Source: a bacterium
GTDB lineage: Bacteria > SAR324 > NAC60-12
Assembly (NCBI GenBank): GCA_965233585.1
Contig: CBDDTI010000413.1
Location: 1 to 28,196 of the forward strand
DNA: 28,196 bases
Reading direction: 5' to 3'
Position 1 is the stretch's first letter. Each line of letters starts with the position of its first letter. The translations under genes and the position numbers were made by a program. Under the pieces are notes generated by a model. The model had not been told where the DNA came from. It saw only the letters and a program-made list of their open reading frames with translations, and made no database searches. Of the stretch, positions 1 through 12,900 are shown piece by piece.

Positions 1-20
1 CTCTTGTTGAAGAGCTCCGC
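1..20 (-). CDS. possible exon truncated by the window edge (AELFNK)
   Basis: CAG|G acceptor at 21-23 followed by GCG GAG CTC TTC AAC AAG; too short to assign. Confidence 0.25.
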
Positions 21-559
21 CTGAGGTTTCGGCATCTAAGACATAAGGACAAACTTGTTGGACAAACCTAAGAATCTAAGGATATCTTGCAGGTGTAGGT
101 GTATCTTGTACATCTTGAAGGATATTAACAGCCCATCTGCTAAAAAAAAGGTGTGAATCAATGTGGAAGTACGTGAATCAACCCTTTAATTGCTGATGTA
201 TGCGTCAGTCCATCCAATCAGAATAAGAAGATAAGAGACACCAAGAGCAGGGCAAATGACGCCAAGACATTTTGGCCCAACAGGCTGATGACGTCTCTCA
301 ACAGCGCGTTCAGCACGCCTTCTTGTTCTTGAGCAGTGTGGGCAGGTTGGATAAAGTAAAGCTATTTGTCCTCGGGTTGATGCTGTGCATGTGCGATGAT
401 CGTCCACTTGTCCGTCCACATGCGGCGGAGCTAGGGAAAACAAGAGGAATCACGCCGATTCCAAGGATGGCATCATGAATCACGCCGTGTTCATCGAATT
501 CGCTCTGCAAGGTATATCCAACCCGTTCTTCCATCAACATGCCCAATCTTAGAATAGGA

Positions 560-676
560 CATATATGCGTATATATATATATATTATATATATACGCATA
601 TATATATATATATATATATATACGTATATATATATATACGTATATATATATACGTATATATATATATACGTATATG
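560..676. repeat. (TA)n/(TATATACG) microsatellite
   Basis: Direct reading. Confidence 0.95.
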
Positions 677-786
677 TGGCAACAAACATACCCATGAAAG
701 TCCTTTTTGGAAGGATCGTGAATAGCCCCATCTAAGGGCAACAGCTTAATCACAAGCCCTTACCCACTCCCCAACTGAGTCTTCCG

Positions 787-3744
787 TCAAAGTTGCAATT
801 CTTCCTGCTTCTTTTCTTCCATCAAGAGCTTCTCTCGTCGCTTTTCCAGAATGCGATCCAAATTTCCTCCTCCACCTTAGCTACATCAGTTCTTCACTAA
901 TGCAGATTTGTCCAATAATGGAGTACTCCCAAAATTCCAATAGTTTACAACCTCACGGTCCCCAGGAAAATCACCATAGCATGCTATCCCATTTTTGGAT
1001 ATTTTTGCACAAGAATCCAGAGCTGTATTCCAAGAAGCTTCGAGTGCGCCAATTCTGCTCAAAGTATGGTTCTTCGCATAGTTCCTCACGGAATTCCAGG
1101 CTGTGCAGGGCCCCAGGGCCCCGCAAAAAAAGAGGTCCCACAATTCTGGCCTGTAGAACCAACTGTCCCCGTACCATGTTCCTGCTACAAAGCCTCCTCT
1201 ATGCCATGCGTGTTTGCTCCCGTTCTTACAAGTAGTTGCTGATTTTGATCATGTTAAAGTATGTTGTCCCATGTTGTCCCTCTGTGATTGGCCAATTTCC
1301 TGCATCTTAGACACAACTAGACACAACAAAAAATACACAGATCTCAGCAGTATCAGCCCATCTCTTGGTCAACTGAACCCTCCCCGGTCCTCGCAAAAGT
1401 CATCGTCGTCGACGGCATCGTAGTCACAGGGGTTGCACGTGGTCGCCTCCTACCGCTGGAACAGAAACCCACGCATTTCTAGGGAGACAGTGAGGATATC
1501 ATGGGGATTTAATTTAATGATATATAGTGAGTTATCCCAATTAATAATGATTATCCCACAATATAATATAATGATATCATGATGTTTCAATGTTCACGGA
1601 ACACACTGCATCATAAGCGCCATGAGAATACATGGTAAATTCGGCCATGCGTCTACAAAACAAGAGAACATGCCGTCGAATAGAAAGAAACAAATACCCA
1701 AATCCAAAAGCTTGGGGTTTGTTTGAAAAGACCCGAATCATTCGGCTGCAATATATGGGTATGGATCAATACCTATTAATACCTTTTTTAGGGGGATGAA
1801 CATCCATTTACCAGCTATTTTGATGTTCACCAGGGGTACAAGGTTTTGACACACTGCCATATGGGAAACTATGGGGAAATCATGAGAAAGACGCTGATTT
1901 TGACAAAGCCACAGCGATTCCCCCGCCGCCTGCAACTGACGAAACTAGGCTCTGATTGCCTGTGGATCCGCTGCCGGCCAGGCTGGATCTGAATGTCATG
2001 CCGCTGCTATCAATCATGACTTTTGAAAAAGATGCAATAAGACCATTAAAATCCATTAAGAATATTATATATATATGATTATATATGAAACTACAACCGA
2101 ACAACAAAAAGGAAACGTAATCCTTGTGGAGTTTTTGGGCCACAAATCGCCTGCCCTGCAGATGCTTCCGAAAGCTGATGACGGCTTTTTTTCACGGCTT
2201 GGAATCCACGGAAAACTCTCCTGGGAATGCCCTGGCAATCCCTCAACTGACGTACAAATGACGCAATTTGATCTGTGTATGGATACATATTTACTTGAAA
2301 CGGCTTATAAAACAACTAGCTCAACTAAGTCCCCATGCCATCAGCCAAATCCGCAGAACAGACCCTCTCCAGGGACCTCCAGGCCGCCCTGCAGGGAGCC
2401 GTAACGCTTCTTGCAGGCCGCCATTAGCGCCAGCCCAAGCAGCAGGAACAGCCAGGCTGAAGGCAGGGCCCAGGGGAGGGGCGGAGACAACCGGGGCGCT
2501 AAACTGGCTTGCTAAACGGGTTTGATGACTGGCTGGTCAACCCAGGTTATCAACCCAACATGTTAAATTAACCAGGAATCAACTGGTTGAACTGGGAATT
2601 GAGATGAGAATTCCTGACCAGCAATGGAAGTGTCTGAGTCTTGGGACCTAGAATCCACCATTGAAGTGGCTGTGGTTTCTAGTGAAGCTTGGCATTCATA
2701 TCCTATGTGAAACTACGTTTGATTCAACCAACAGCCCAAAAATAGACATGATCTTCACATGTTTTTCTATGTTGACTCCATTTTTGGAGCCGTAAAATGT
2801 ATCGCCCTTTTGTGTTGCCTATACTAATGTGCCTCTCTCCGGCGCCTGCCATCCATGAGCCATAGACTTCTTCCCTTTCGAGGAGCTCCTTCTTGGAGTG
2901 ATGGGCCCGCAGGTGATTTCCAAACCAATGCCAATGCCTGGGCGGATAAGCTCCGACGGACGCCGACTGTGTATCAACGACTATACAAATCTATATCAAT
3001 AATATTCTATAATCATTAATGATAAGTTCTCGTGCTGAACTTTGGTGAACAGGGGAAAAAATCTCGGCCACAAACTGCGTCGCAGTCTCAGGCAGTGAAT
3101 ATTTGGAGGTTTCCTAAAATGGGGTTTACTCCCAAATTATCCAAGTCGTTAGACCGTTTTAGTCCTCAAACCCATGGTGACTTGAGGATCCCCATTCAAA
3201 GAAACCGTCATTTCCTGATGGCAAGGTTCAAATGAGGCATGGAAATCTTCGGCGCAAAAGCGTCGGCCTCATCTGTGATCACTTTGGCCTCACATTGGCT
3301 CAGCTTCCAGTCTCAATCATACCCTACCACTACCACGGCCATCCAATAACTATTGTTTATGGGGAATATATCTATACTGAATATTACTGAATGGGGTTTA
3401 GAAACCAACTGACCAATCACTACCACAGGGCCTCCTACTTTGGGGGGTCAGAAGCCCCAGTTCTCCTGGGAAAAATTACTCTGCCTCTTGGGTCACATCG
3501 GCGCCAAGGCCTTTGAGAGCATCCATCGCTCCGCAAAACGCGCCGGGTTTTTGCAACTTTTGGTGACAAAAAATATCAGATGTTCCATCGGAGATTCTGA
3601 TCCCCAATAGACGGGGTAGTAACCCCAATGATCAATGCTGTCGAACATTGCAGCCAGTTATTCACCAGTTCAACTCCTTCAGTGGCTCGCTGTCCAGCCA
3701 AAACTCAAGCCAAAAATACTGCGGTGTGCGCGGTTGGCCGAGCC
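787..3744 (-). CDS. Putative multi-exon gene of unknown function (non-dynein), possibly with one hydrophobic segment
   Basis: GC-rich islands with AG acceptors and GT/GC/GA donors at about 3666-3744, 3511-3556, 3239-3288, 2846-2937, 2377-2498, 2151-2231, 1960-1988, 1391-1448, 1018-1149, 787-865. One in-phase chain reads ...PQYFWLEFWLDSEPLKELNCCKNPARFAERWMLSKAKVITDEADAFAPKISMHWHWFGNHLR...AWLFLLLGLALMAACKKR...; a likely last exon reads NLDRILEKRREKLLMEEKKQEELQL*. Several exons are open in more than one frame, so the frame is uncertain. Confidence 0.4.
1753..1862. repeat. ~110-bp MITE-like interspersed repeat
   Basis: ATATGG...CCATAT inverted ends; resembles short intronic repeats of Symbiodiniaceae genomes (from recall). 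Confidence 0.55.
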
Positions 3745-3948
3745 CTAAAAATCAATGGGTTGAGCATGGATTTACCAGCCATAGGGGTGTCCTGCAAATT
3801 GTCCCTTGAATCCTTAAATTCTAGGAAGAAATCCACAGCCCTAGGCGCAAGGGTACAACATCAAGCCATGTCAAGGCTATCTGGGGCTGAAGTCACCCGA
3901 TGATTGTCCTGCAGCCCATTTTTCGGTTGGCTCCACGTTGACCCCCAC

Positions 3949-3995
3949 CTGTGAGTGCCGCGTAAAGCGTGCCGTCATGGCATTGCGACCACCAC
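3949..3995 (-). CDS. dynein heavy chain exon (GGGRNAMTARFTRHSQ)
   Basis: CAG|G acceptor; PPGGGRN...RF.RH motif; donor position slightly uncertain. Confidence 0.87.
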
Positions 3996-6900
3996 CTGGA
4001 TGAAATGGGACGGGGAAGCATAGCGATCGGTATGACCATGAAAAGTTCATGAAATATTCATTGGCTTAACATATCGACATCTGTGTAATTATATATATGT
4101 AATTATGTGTGTATATAATATATATATATATGTGTGTGTGTCAACCATGAAATGTTATGAAGTATTCACTGGCGTGCCAGAATCAACCATCAAAGGTCGC
4201 TCAATGCCAGATATTCTGGATGCTCCTTGGCAATGATCATTAACAAGCTGTTGCCCGATTCTACTGGTTGGTTACTGGGTTTGTTGGGATTCCTATGATG
4301 AAAATAGGTCAGTTGGGACAAGCTCTGTCAGGATTCAGCTGAGGTTGGATACAATGACAATTGGTCATCAGTTCACCATCATTTGGTCATCAGTGCTTCT
4401 TCAACAAGGGGCTACCCCGCTACCCCGCTTTCATCAACCAGCGGGATCTCAGTTGCCTGGTGGTGCAGCGCACAGAAGGAGGGTCGTATTCTCGATATCC
4501 TGTGGTCAAGAAAGACATAGAAAGACCGTGTTGGATCTCAAAAGTATTTAGCCAAATTGCCCAATGAAACCAGGTGCTTGAAAGAGATATAAACAGGTTG
4601 TTTGGTTTTCAGATGAGATCCCTTCCTCATCTCTTTTTGGGATCGCTAAAAATGGAAAAGATTTTCTGGTGGGAGGCTCTGGTACTAGTATCCCTCCACA
4701 CCAGTCTCACGTGCACAGAAGCTTGACAGTATCGCAACAAAATGAGGATTTCACAGGGAGTATCATAGCTAGATAGGGTTGTGGAATCATCAATGATCCT
4801 CAAGACCCTTTCTGACTTAGCGGACCACAAACTGATCAAGGCATTTCGATTTCAATGGAAAACCACCTCCGGAACATTGGAAAGTCGCAGGATCGGATAG
4901 AGCACATGTCGCTCAAAAAATGCCCCCACATGTTCATCATTGACTTGTGGAAAGGCCACTCTGAGGATTCAGAATCTTGAGGTCGTCTCAACAAAGTATT
5001 CAAATGAGCGATGAGCAGTGTGAACGGGTATGATGAGAATCCCCACTCTTTATCACTCTTTAGGATAGTATAACCCCCTATGATCATCAACCAACTACCA
5101 GCTGTTTTTTTTGAAACTGCCCATATCAATATCATTACAATGTCCCAGGTTCATTGAAGCCTCCTCACCCCAGGGTCCTTCCACTCATGTTTCTTGCGGT
5201 CAAAGAAGCCCCGTTGATCTTGGAACTGCCTGGAAATGGTCTGCAAATTTGCCACACCAGCTGTTAAATTTTTTGAATCTAAATATATCTGTACTAAAAA
5301 AAAGTATAAATATATATATATAGTGTATATACTGTATATATATATGTGGAGGGGACCTTTATGTATAGAATGACGGGGTTCTGGATCTCGCTTCTGAGGA
5401 CCTCAATTACAATTCCATAAGAAAGGCTAGTCTAAAATCCGATCTCCATATTCATCTCCTTTTCAATGTTTCTATAAATTCATGGCTCCATTTCCTTTCA
5501 CTTTCCTTCAAGTTTGCTGTCTTATTTATCCTGGCCTTTGTAGATTTCCTTTCCGAAATCTAAATTCCTAATGAAATTGTCTTTTTCCGGTTCCTTCTGA
5601 AATTTGCTTGCAAATATCAATTTCCTTTTAATTTCCTTTTAAAGCTATTTCAAATGTTCGTTGGAATAATTCTATTTGGACACGGTTCAAAAACGGAAGC
5701 GGAATTATAAAGCATAGGGCGGGCCAAGGCATTTTGTCTCGCATGCAATGTAAAGTGTATGCTTTTCATTGCTTTTCTGCATGTGCCAATGTCTTCCCAC
5801 CTCTTGGGATTCTCTACGCCTTTCCTCGCCGCTTCTCCACAGCTTCTTGCCCTCACCCCTCTCCACCTACAAAGGAGAAAGACGAAGAAAGGGGGTGAAG
5901 CAGGTGGAAAGTTGTGGGTGGAAGGGTAGGTGGAAGGGGTGGATATGGTTGGAGAGGTTGGGTGAAGATGATGCTAGGGTGATGCGAGGGTGGAGCGAGG
6001 TTGGAGCGATGGTGGAATGAAGGGTGAGGTGTGGAGAAGGTGATCAAAAATTGATACCAAGTACAAGGATACATCTACTGTATTTATTCACATCCTTTGC
6101 GCGATCCACTCCTTGGGATTCTCTCCTTCCCTTTTCACTTTCCCGCGGCTTTTTCTCTTCTCTCCCCCTCTCCGCCCTTCGACATGTCCATCTCCGCTCA
6201 ATACCCTCATTCCTCTTTCCGAAAAGAATTTTAGGGGCAGAAAGTGTGGAGAGGAGTGAGCAGGGATGGAAAGCGGAGAGAATTAAATGAAGTTGGGGTG
6301 ATGGGCGGGGTCACGATGAAGAGTTGGGCGGTGGGCGTAGCGAAAGGCAGATGGATGGAGAAAAAGAACATGTACATTAGATAGATGCAAGTAATTCATC
6401 CTGACTGCTTTCTTATCTAGCCGTTTCTTTTTTCAAAACTACTTTAAAGTTCAATTGTGATTGCCTTTTCCAGCTCCATCTTATATTGGCTTGCATAGAT
6501 GAAAAAATGTATGTCTACTTTCTTTTTTGGACATACTTTTCAATGTGCCTTGGAACAGATCTCTTAAGACATGATTCAAAAGCAGCAGTGCAAATACAAA
6601 GCATAGGGTGGACTAAGGCATTTTGCCTCTCAGGCAATGTAAAAGTGCATGCTTTTCATTGCTTTTTCTGTGGGGGGAGCGAGGGCGGAGCGGGGGTGGA
6701 GTGAAGGGTGGAGTGAAGGGTGGAGTGAAGGGTGGAGAAGGTCGCCAAAAATTGATACAAACGATGCATATTTATTTCGTTTTTTGCTTGATCCACTGCT
6801 TGTGCTTCTTCCCTTGCCTTTTCACTTCTCCGCAAACTTTTTCTCTTCCATCCCCCTCTCCACCCTTCTACATGTCCATCTCTGCCTCCACTCAACACCT

Positions 6901-9900
6901 TCATTCCTGTTCTGAAGATAAGGTGCTAGGGGACAAAGGGGTGAAGAGGAGTGAGCATGCATGGAAAGCGGAGAGGGTTAAATGAAATTGAGGTGATGGG
7001 CAGGGTCGCGATGAAGGGTTGGGCGGTGGGGTGTGGTGAAAGGCAAATGGGTGGAGAGAAACAAAATACAACACATACATGAACAATTCATCCGGACTGC
7101 TCTTTTATCTATTTAGCAATTTCTTTCAAAACCTATTTGGATTTCAGTTGAAATTGTCTTGTCCAGCTCCATGTTCAATTTGCTGTCAAAGAACAGAACA
7201 AAATTGTCTTCTAGTTTCTCTTTAAATTTTCAATTTTCGTTGGAATAATTCTCTTTAGACATGATCCAAAATTGGCGGCCACATTTTGAAAGGCAGAGGG
7301 TGGGGCCATGGTTTTTGCGCAGGCAATGTAATGTGGCAAAGAACTGCGCAGGCGATGTTACATGGCAAAGAACCTCATTTGGGGTTTTTCTATACAATCC
7401 AATTATAATGATTTTGGTGCTGGTTTCTTGTTGGGCTTACCACATTAAAGTGTGTGCTTTTCATTGCTTTTCTTTATGTGCCAATGCTTGTCTCATTGAT
7501 ACCTGTCCACTTGTGCTTTTCCTCTCTTTATCTGCGCTTTGCCTCGCCGCTTTTCCACAGCTTCTTGCCTTCCCCCCTCTCCACCTACAAAGAAGAAAGA
7601 AGCTGAAAATGAGGTGAAAAGGCCTAAACATGGGTAGGTGGTAAAGTGTGAATGGAAAGGGGGCGGATTGCGAGTGCAGGGGTTAGGAGATTGGTAGGAA
7701 GCGTGATGCCATGGTCCGGCCAGGATGGAGTGAGGGTGGAGCGAGGGTGAAGGAAAGATCGAGCAAGGGAGGAAGGGCTCAATGAAGGGTGGAGAAGGTT
7801 GCACAAACTTGAAAACGATGCATATTTATTTACATTGCTTGCGTTCTTCACCGTTTTTTTGAATTCGCTACTCCTTGCCTTTTTCACTTCTCCACGGCTG
7901 CTTCTCTTCTCTCCTTCCGTTCCTGTTCCAAGGAGAATGTTAGGGGCTGAAAGGATGGAGGAGTGAAAAGAGATGTAAAAACGGCGAGGGTTAAGTGAAG
8001 TTGGGGTGATGGACAGGGTTATAATGAAGGGTCGAGCAGAGAGATGAGGTGAAAGGAGAGGAAAATCTTCTTGCAAGTGCCAGTCAAACTTTTATCATTG
8101 TTCTGAGTTTCTATTTACCTTTGGAATATCTAGCCTAAAGATCCGATATCCTCATTCATAGCTTTCCTTCAAGTGTACTGTCATATCTTCATTCTGGCTG
8201 TGCCCTTATCTAGCCTTTGTACATGTCCTTTTCAAAAGTAGCTTAAATTTCAATTGAAATGATCTTTTCCGGTTCCTTCTGAAATTTGCTTGCACAGATC
8301 AATTTCCCTTTAAATTTCTCTTTGAAGCTATTTCCAACTTTCGTTGGAATAATTCTCTTTGGACACGATCCAAAAACAGCGGCGCCATTACAAAGCACAG
8401 GGCGGGCTAAGGCATGTTTGTCTCGCATGCAATGTAAAGTGTATGCTTTTCATTGCTTTCTGCATGCGCCAATGTTTTCCCACCTGTTGGGATTCTCTAC
8501 GCCTTGCCTCGCCGCTTCTCCACAGCTTCTTGCCCTCCCCGAAAGACACAGAAAGGGGGTGAAGTAGGTGGAAAGTTGTGGGTGGAAGGGTAGGTGGAAG
8601 GGGTGGATATGGTTGGAGAGGTTGGGTGAAGATGATGCTAGGGTGATGCGAGGGTGGAGCGAGGTTGGAGCGATGGTGGAATGAAGGGTGAGGTGTGGAG
8701 AAGGTGATCAAAAATTGATACCAAGTACAAGGATACATCTACTGTATTTATTCACATCCTTTGCGCGATCCACTCCTTGGGATTCTCTCCTTCCCTTTTC
8801 ACTTTCCCGCGGCTTTTTCTCTTCTCTCCCCCTCTCCACCCTTCTACATGTCCATCTCCGCTCAATACCCTCATTCCTCTTTCCGAAAAGAATTTTAGGG
8901 GCAGAAAGTGTGGAGAGGAGTGAGCAGGGATGGAGGGGAGAGAGTTAAATGAAGTTGGGGTGATGGACGGGGTCACGATGAAGAGTTGGGCGGTCGGGCG
9001 TAACGAAAGGCAGATGGATGGAGAAAAAGAACATGTACATTAAATAGATGCAAGTAATTCATCCTGAATGCTTTCTTATCTATCCGTTTCTTTTTCAAAA
9101 CTACTTTAAAGTTCAGTTGTGATTGCCTTTTCCAGCTCCATCTTATCAGATTGAACGCGCAATGGCGGAAATTTTCACCCCAGCCACTCAGCCACTCTGA
9201 GTGGCAGAGTGGCTGAGTGGCTGCTCCAGCCACTCTGGCAGCGTGGCTGAGTGGCTGAGTGGCTCCTCCAGCCGCTCTGGCAGAGTGGCTGAGTGGCTCC
9301 TCCAGCCACTCTGCCAGAGTGGCTGAGTGGCTGCTCCAGCCACTGCGTGGCTGATGGGCTGAGTGGCTGGGGACTGGCTGCTCCAGCCACTCTGGCAGAG
9401 TGGCTGCTCCAGCTACTCTGGCAGAGTGGCTGAGTGGCTGAGTGGCTGCTCCAGCCACTCTGGCAGAGTGGCTGAGTGGCTCCTCCAGCCACTCTGGCAG
9501 AGCGGCTGAGTGGCTGAGTGGCTGCGGCAGAGTCATCAGCCAATGAATTTGATAAAGTTTTTAAACATTTCAATGTCCAAGCAAGGTTATATGATAGTGA
9601 CAGCAACTTGATTTACAAACATAACCCTGTAAACTTTAACTGCCGTAGCTACATAACTTTCAACGTATTGATTAAGAACAGCCACATATACACTTTGAAC
9701 TATAACCTGAAATTACTTAAAAGGAAAGATAGTGTTGATGAACTCTACAAGTTCAGGATTGGAAACAACTATTACATCAACCACAGAGAAGAACCTCTTA
9801 AATACAAAATGATTGATGGTATCGATGATGTGATGAGTTTAAAGGATGAAGAGGAATACAGATTAGTTTTAAAAAGCAATGATTTGAACAAAGCAATGTA

Positions 9901-12900
9901 TGAAATGAAAAGAGCAGGATATGAACCACAGGTTAGGCACACAGCAGGTAGGGCAGTAGAAATCAAGTCTGATTTAACACACAAGATAGGCAAGAAACAG
10001 AAAACGGTAACCTACAGCATTGTAACACAGCACCGTGACCATGATAGAATCAATGATGATATCTTGGTGGAAACAGAGGAATAATACAACAAAGTCAGCG
10101 CGACAATGTTCAAGTTTCATGAGTCAATTTTCAGTGAAAATCATAAGTCATACTATAACGAAACTGACCTTAAAGCATTGGATGAATGCAGAACCATTGT
10201 TCCTAATGGAAGGTTGTTAAAGGCAAAAGATTATGATAGCAAGGGCTATGAACCTGTCCTTGCCCCTGAAGATATGTGTAGCATCGACACACGGAAAGTT
10301 TACTCATACCAAGCAAGAACGATTACACACATTCCAGTGTTCAACGATTTTGATGTATGGAAGCCATACTCCAAAAAAAATGACTTTAACAAATTCAAAA
10401 ACTACACCTTGTTCATAGTGAGGGCATGTCAGGGCAACATTTGTTTTTAACAAAAATAACAATCTGGTGTATGGGAAGCACCTGAAGGAATTGATTAAGA
10501 GAGGGATGGCAATGAAGATACTATTTTACAAAGTACCTTCATACATTCACAGAGTGAAGTATAAGAAAGCGGTTGAAGATTTATATAAAACAGTGATTAG
10601 TGATGACAAGTTTGAGAATCAAACGTCTTGAAAACTCTTGCTAATGTAGCCTTTGGTTTGCTTGAAAAGTCTTACAATAGAAAAACGGTCAGTAGGATTT
10701 TTGATTAAGGAGGCATTACAGCAGCAGAAAAAATATGATGGGAGGATTTACGCAATGAACGAAGAAGAGTATGAGGAATATTTTAGATGGAGAGAATTAG
10801 AAGAGATTGGACTATCGAAGTTGATGAGAACAACAACCCTTTTTTTGGACATGTGAATGGCGGTGCGTGTTTTACAGATTTTGAGTATAACGTCGAGGAT
10901 GGCAAAACCTACTACTGTGAAAATGATTCATTCAACCAAAAGATAGAGAAGAAAAGCGAGACCGCCAAATATCATATAGTCAGTGTCAGTGACCAAAGGC
11001 AGTTGATGAACGGATTTAGGTATATCAAAGAACTACTGTTACAAAATCATAACTTTCATATGTATGATGCGTATGAGAAGTTGAAGTAGGCAAACATCAA
11101 TGTTTACGCTGTAAAGACTGATGCCTTTCACATAGCAAAGAGGGACTTAAAGAAAGCTAAAAAGATATTGAATTTTCATAATGACATAGGAGGCTGAAGA
11201 GTGGAAGATAAGAAAGTCGTTCCTGTTCCCGAAGTCTATGGATGGAAAAACAATGAGATTCCAAAAATACCGATTTACAAAAGCGAAAGGATTGGTTCAA
11301 GATGAATGGGACACAGAAGCAATTTAGAAAAACAGCAATAAGGAAGAAAAGAGTCATGATTAGGGCAAAATTTGCAGGAAGTGGTAAGAGTTTCTTTGGA
11401 AAACATTTCAACGACCTAACTTATAATACACTTTTTGTTGTTCCTCACAATGTGCAAAAGCAAGATGTTCCATGCGATGCAGTCACCCGAAATACATTCT
11501 TCAGTGTTCCTGTGTGTAAGGGGGAAAGCAGGCTACCAAAGTATGATTAGAACGGTTATGATGTATTTTTTTGATGAAATCTATATTTGAGCGTTATCAT
11601 TTGGCTCAGAAAAATTATTTAAAGGTTCTTTTTTTTTGCGATTTCGATATGATTTTGTTATGATTTTGTTATGGTTTCGATATGGTGGAAAATATGGTTT
11701 TCTTATGGTCTGAAACCATCTCCTGAAGAAGATATGAATTTCGATATGGTTTTGTTATGGTGTGGACATGCCTCCAGCCTGCATATTTTGATAGAACTTT
11801 TCAAGATATGTATTTATATTATTTACATAAATTTAAACTATTACTAAATTTACTTAAGAAAAAAGAACTACAAATTTAAAAATGAAAAAATGAAAAGAGA
11901 AAATTACTATATATATTTGTATCTTATTGGAAAATGCATATTTCAATGAAAGACTGAGTACAAATTAAAATATAAGAAAAGGCATAAAGATAATTTTACT
12001 AATGTTATTTTATCCTTGGGGTCAAGAAAATTATAAATTAAAATAAGAGAAACATATAGAGATAGTTTTACTATTTATATTTGAGTTAAAGAGAAAAGAA
12101 TTATGAATTGAAATATAAGAATAACTGAAAAGAATGCCTAATGAATACCAATTCACAATAACATATTTTTCAAAAACATCATTTAACATTGAAAATCTGC
12201 AAGGGCTGGTGGAAAAAAGTCAAGGATATCGGATAAGAAAGCTGAATTTTCAAATCAACAATTCTTAGTTGTAGTTCAAAGACGATAAGTGGAAATCAAA
12301 TGGAAAAAAATTAACCAACTACCTACCGAAACACTCATATGTTTAATTTAAAAATTTAAAGAGCTTCCAGATTGGATCACTAAGGCAAGAGAGCCATGAT
12401 GCTTTTGTTGACTAAAGTGACTGACTAAAGGCGGTTAGCTGCCAAATAGACACGGAATCCTTAACATTGGACACCATGGTTCAATCACGGACTACGCTGA
12501 CACTGCTACACACACACACAGCACATGGGTTTAGCCAGGTTTACACTTAGACTTAAACTGTTTTTTTAAAGTCAGCCCTCCTTCCTTCTGAGATAGTAAT
12601 GGTAACCACCCGGAACAGCAGCCGTCGGGTTTCTGAATGGCTGTGCCCCTGATTAATGATTCATTAACGATTAATGCCATAGGCCATAGGCCAAAAACCA
12701 TAGGCCCTAGGCCATGGGCATAGGCATAGGAGCTCAAAAACTTTGTTTAGCTGAGCTGAGCTGCTTAGCTTAGCTCAACAACTTTGTCTGGTTCTTGAAA
12801 AGGAGTAATTTAAAACAAAACACGACATACATCACATACGCAAGAGGAAAACTGTAAAGCAGGAAACATGCTCTTTGTTTCAAGTACATGCACATCGCTC

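Noticed and set aside
186..552. Overlapping short ORFs that might be an additional exon
   Set aside because: Several frames are partly open and no consistent splice chain or motif was found.
4760..4800. Candidate dynein exon (IIDDSTTLSS)
   Set aside because: Exon 4457-4499 already supplies the expected sequence in phase.
5650..8976. Many 60-150-aa ORFs
   Set aside because: They lie in duplicated low-complexity monomers and show no recognisable motifs.
9181..9530. CRISPR array or real protein (ORFs 8973-9536 and 9175-9606)
   Set aside because: No unique spacers; the ORFs are translations of the palindromic tandem repeat.
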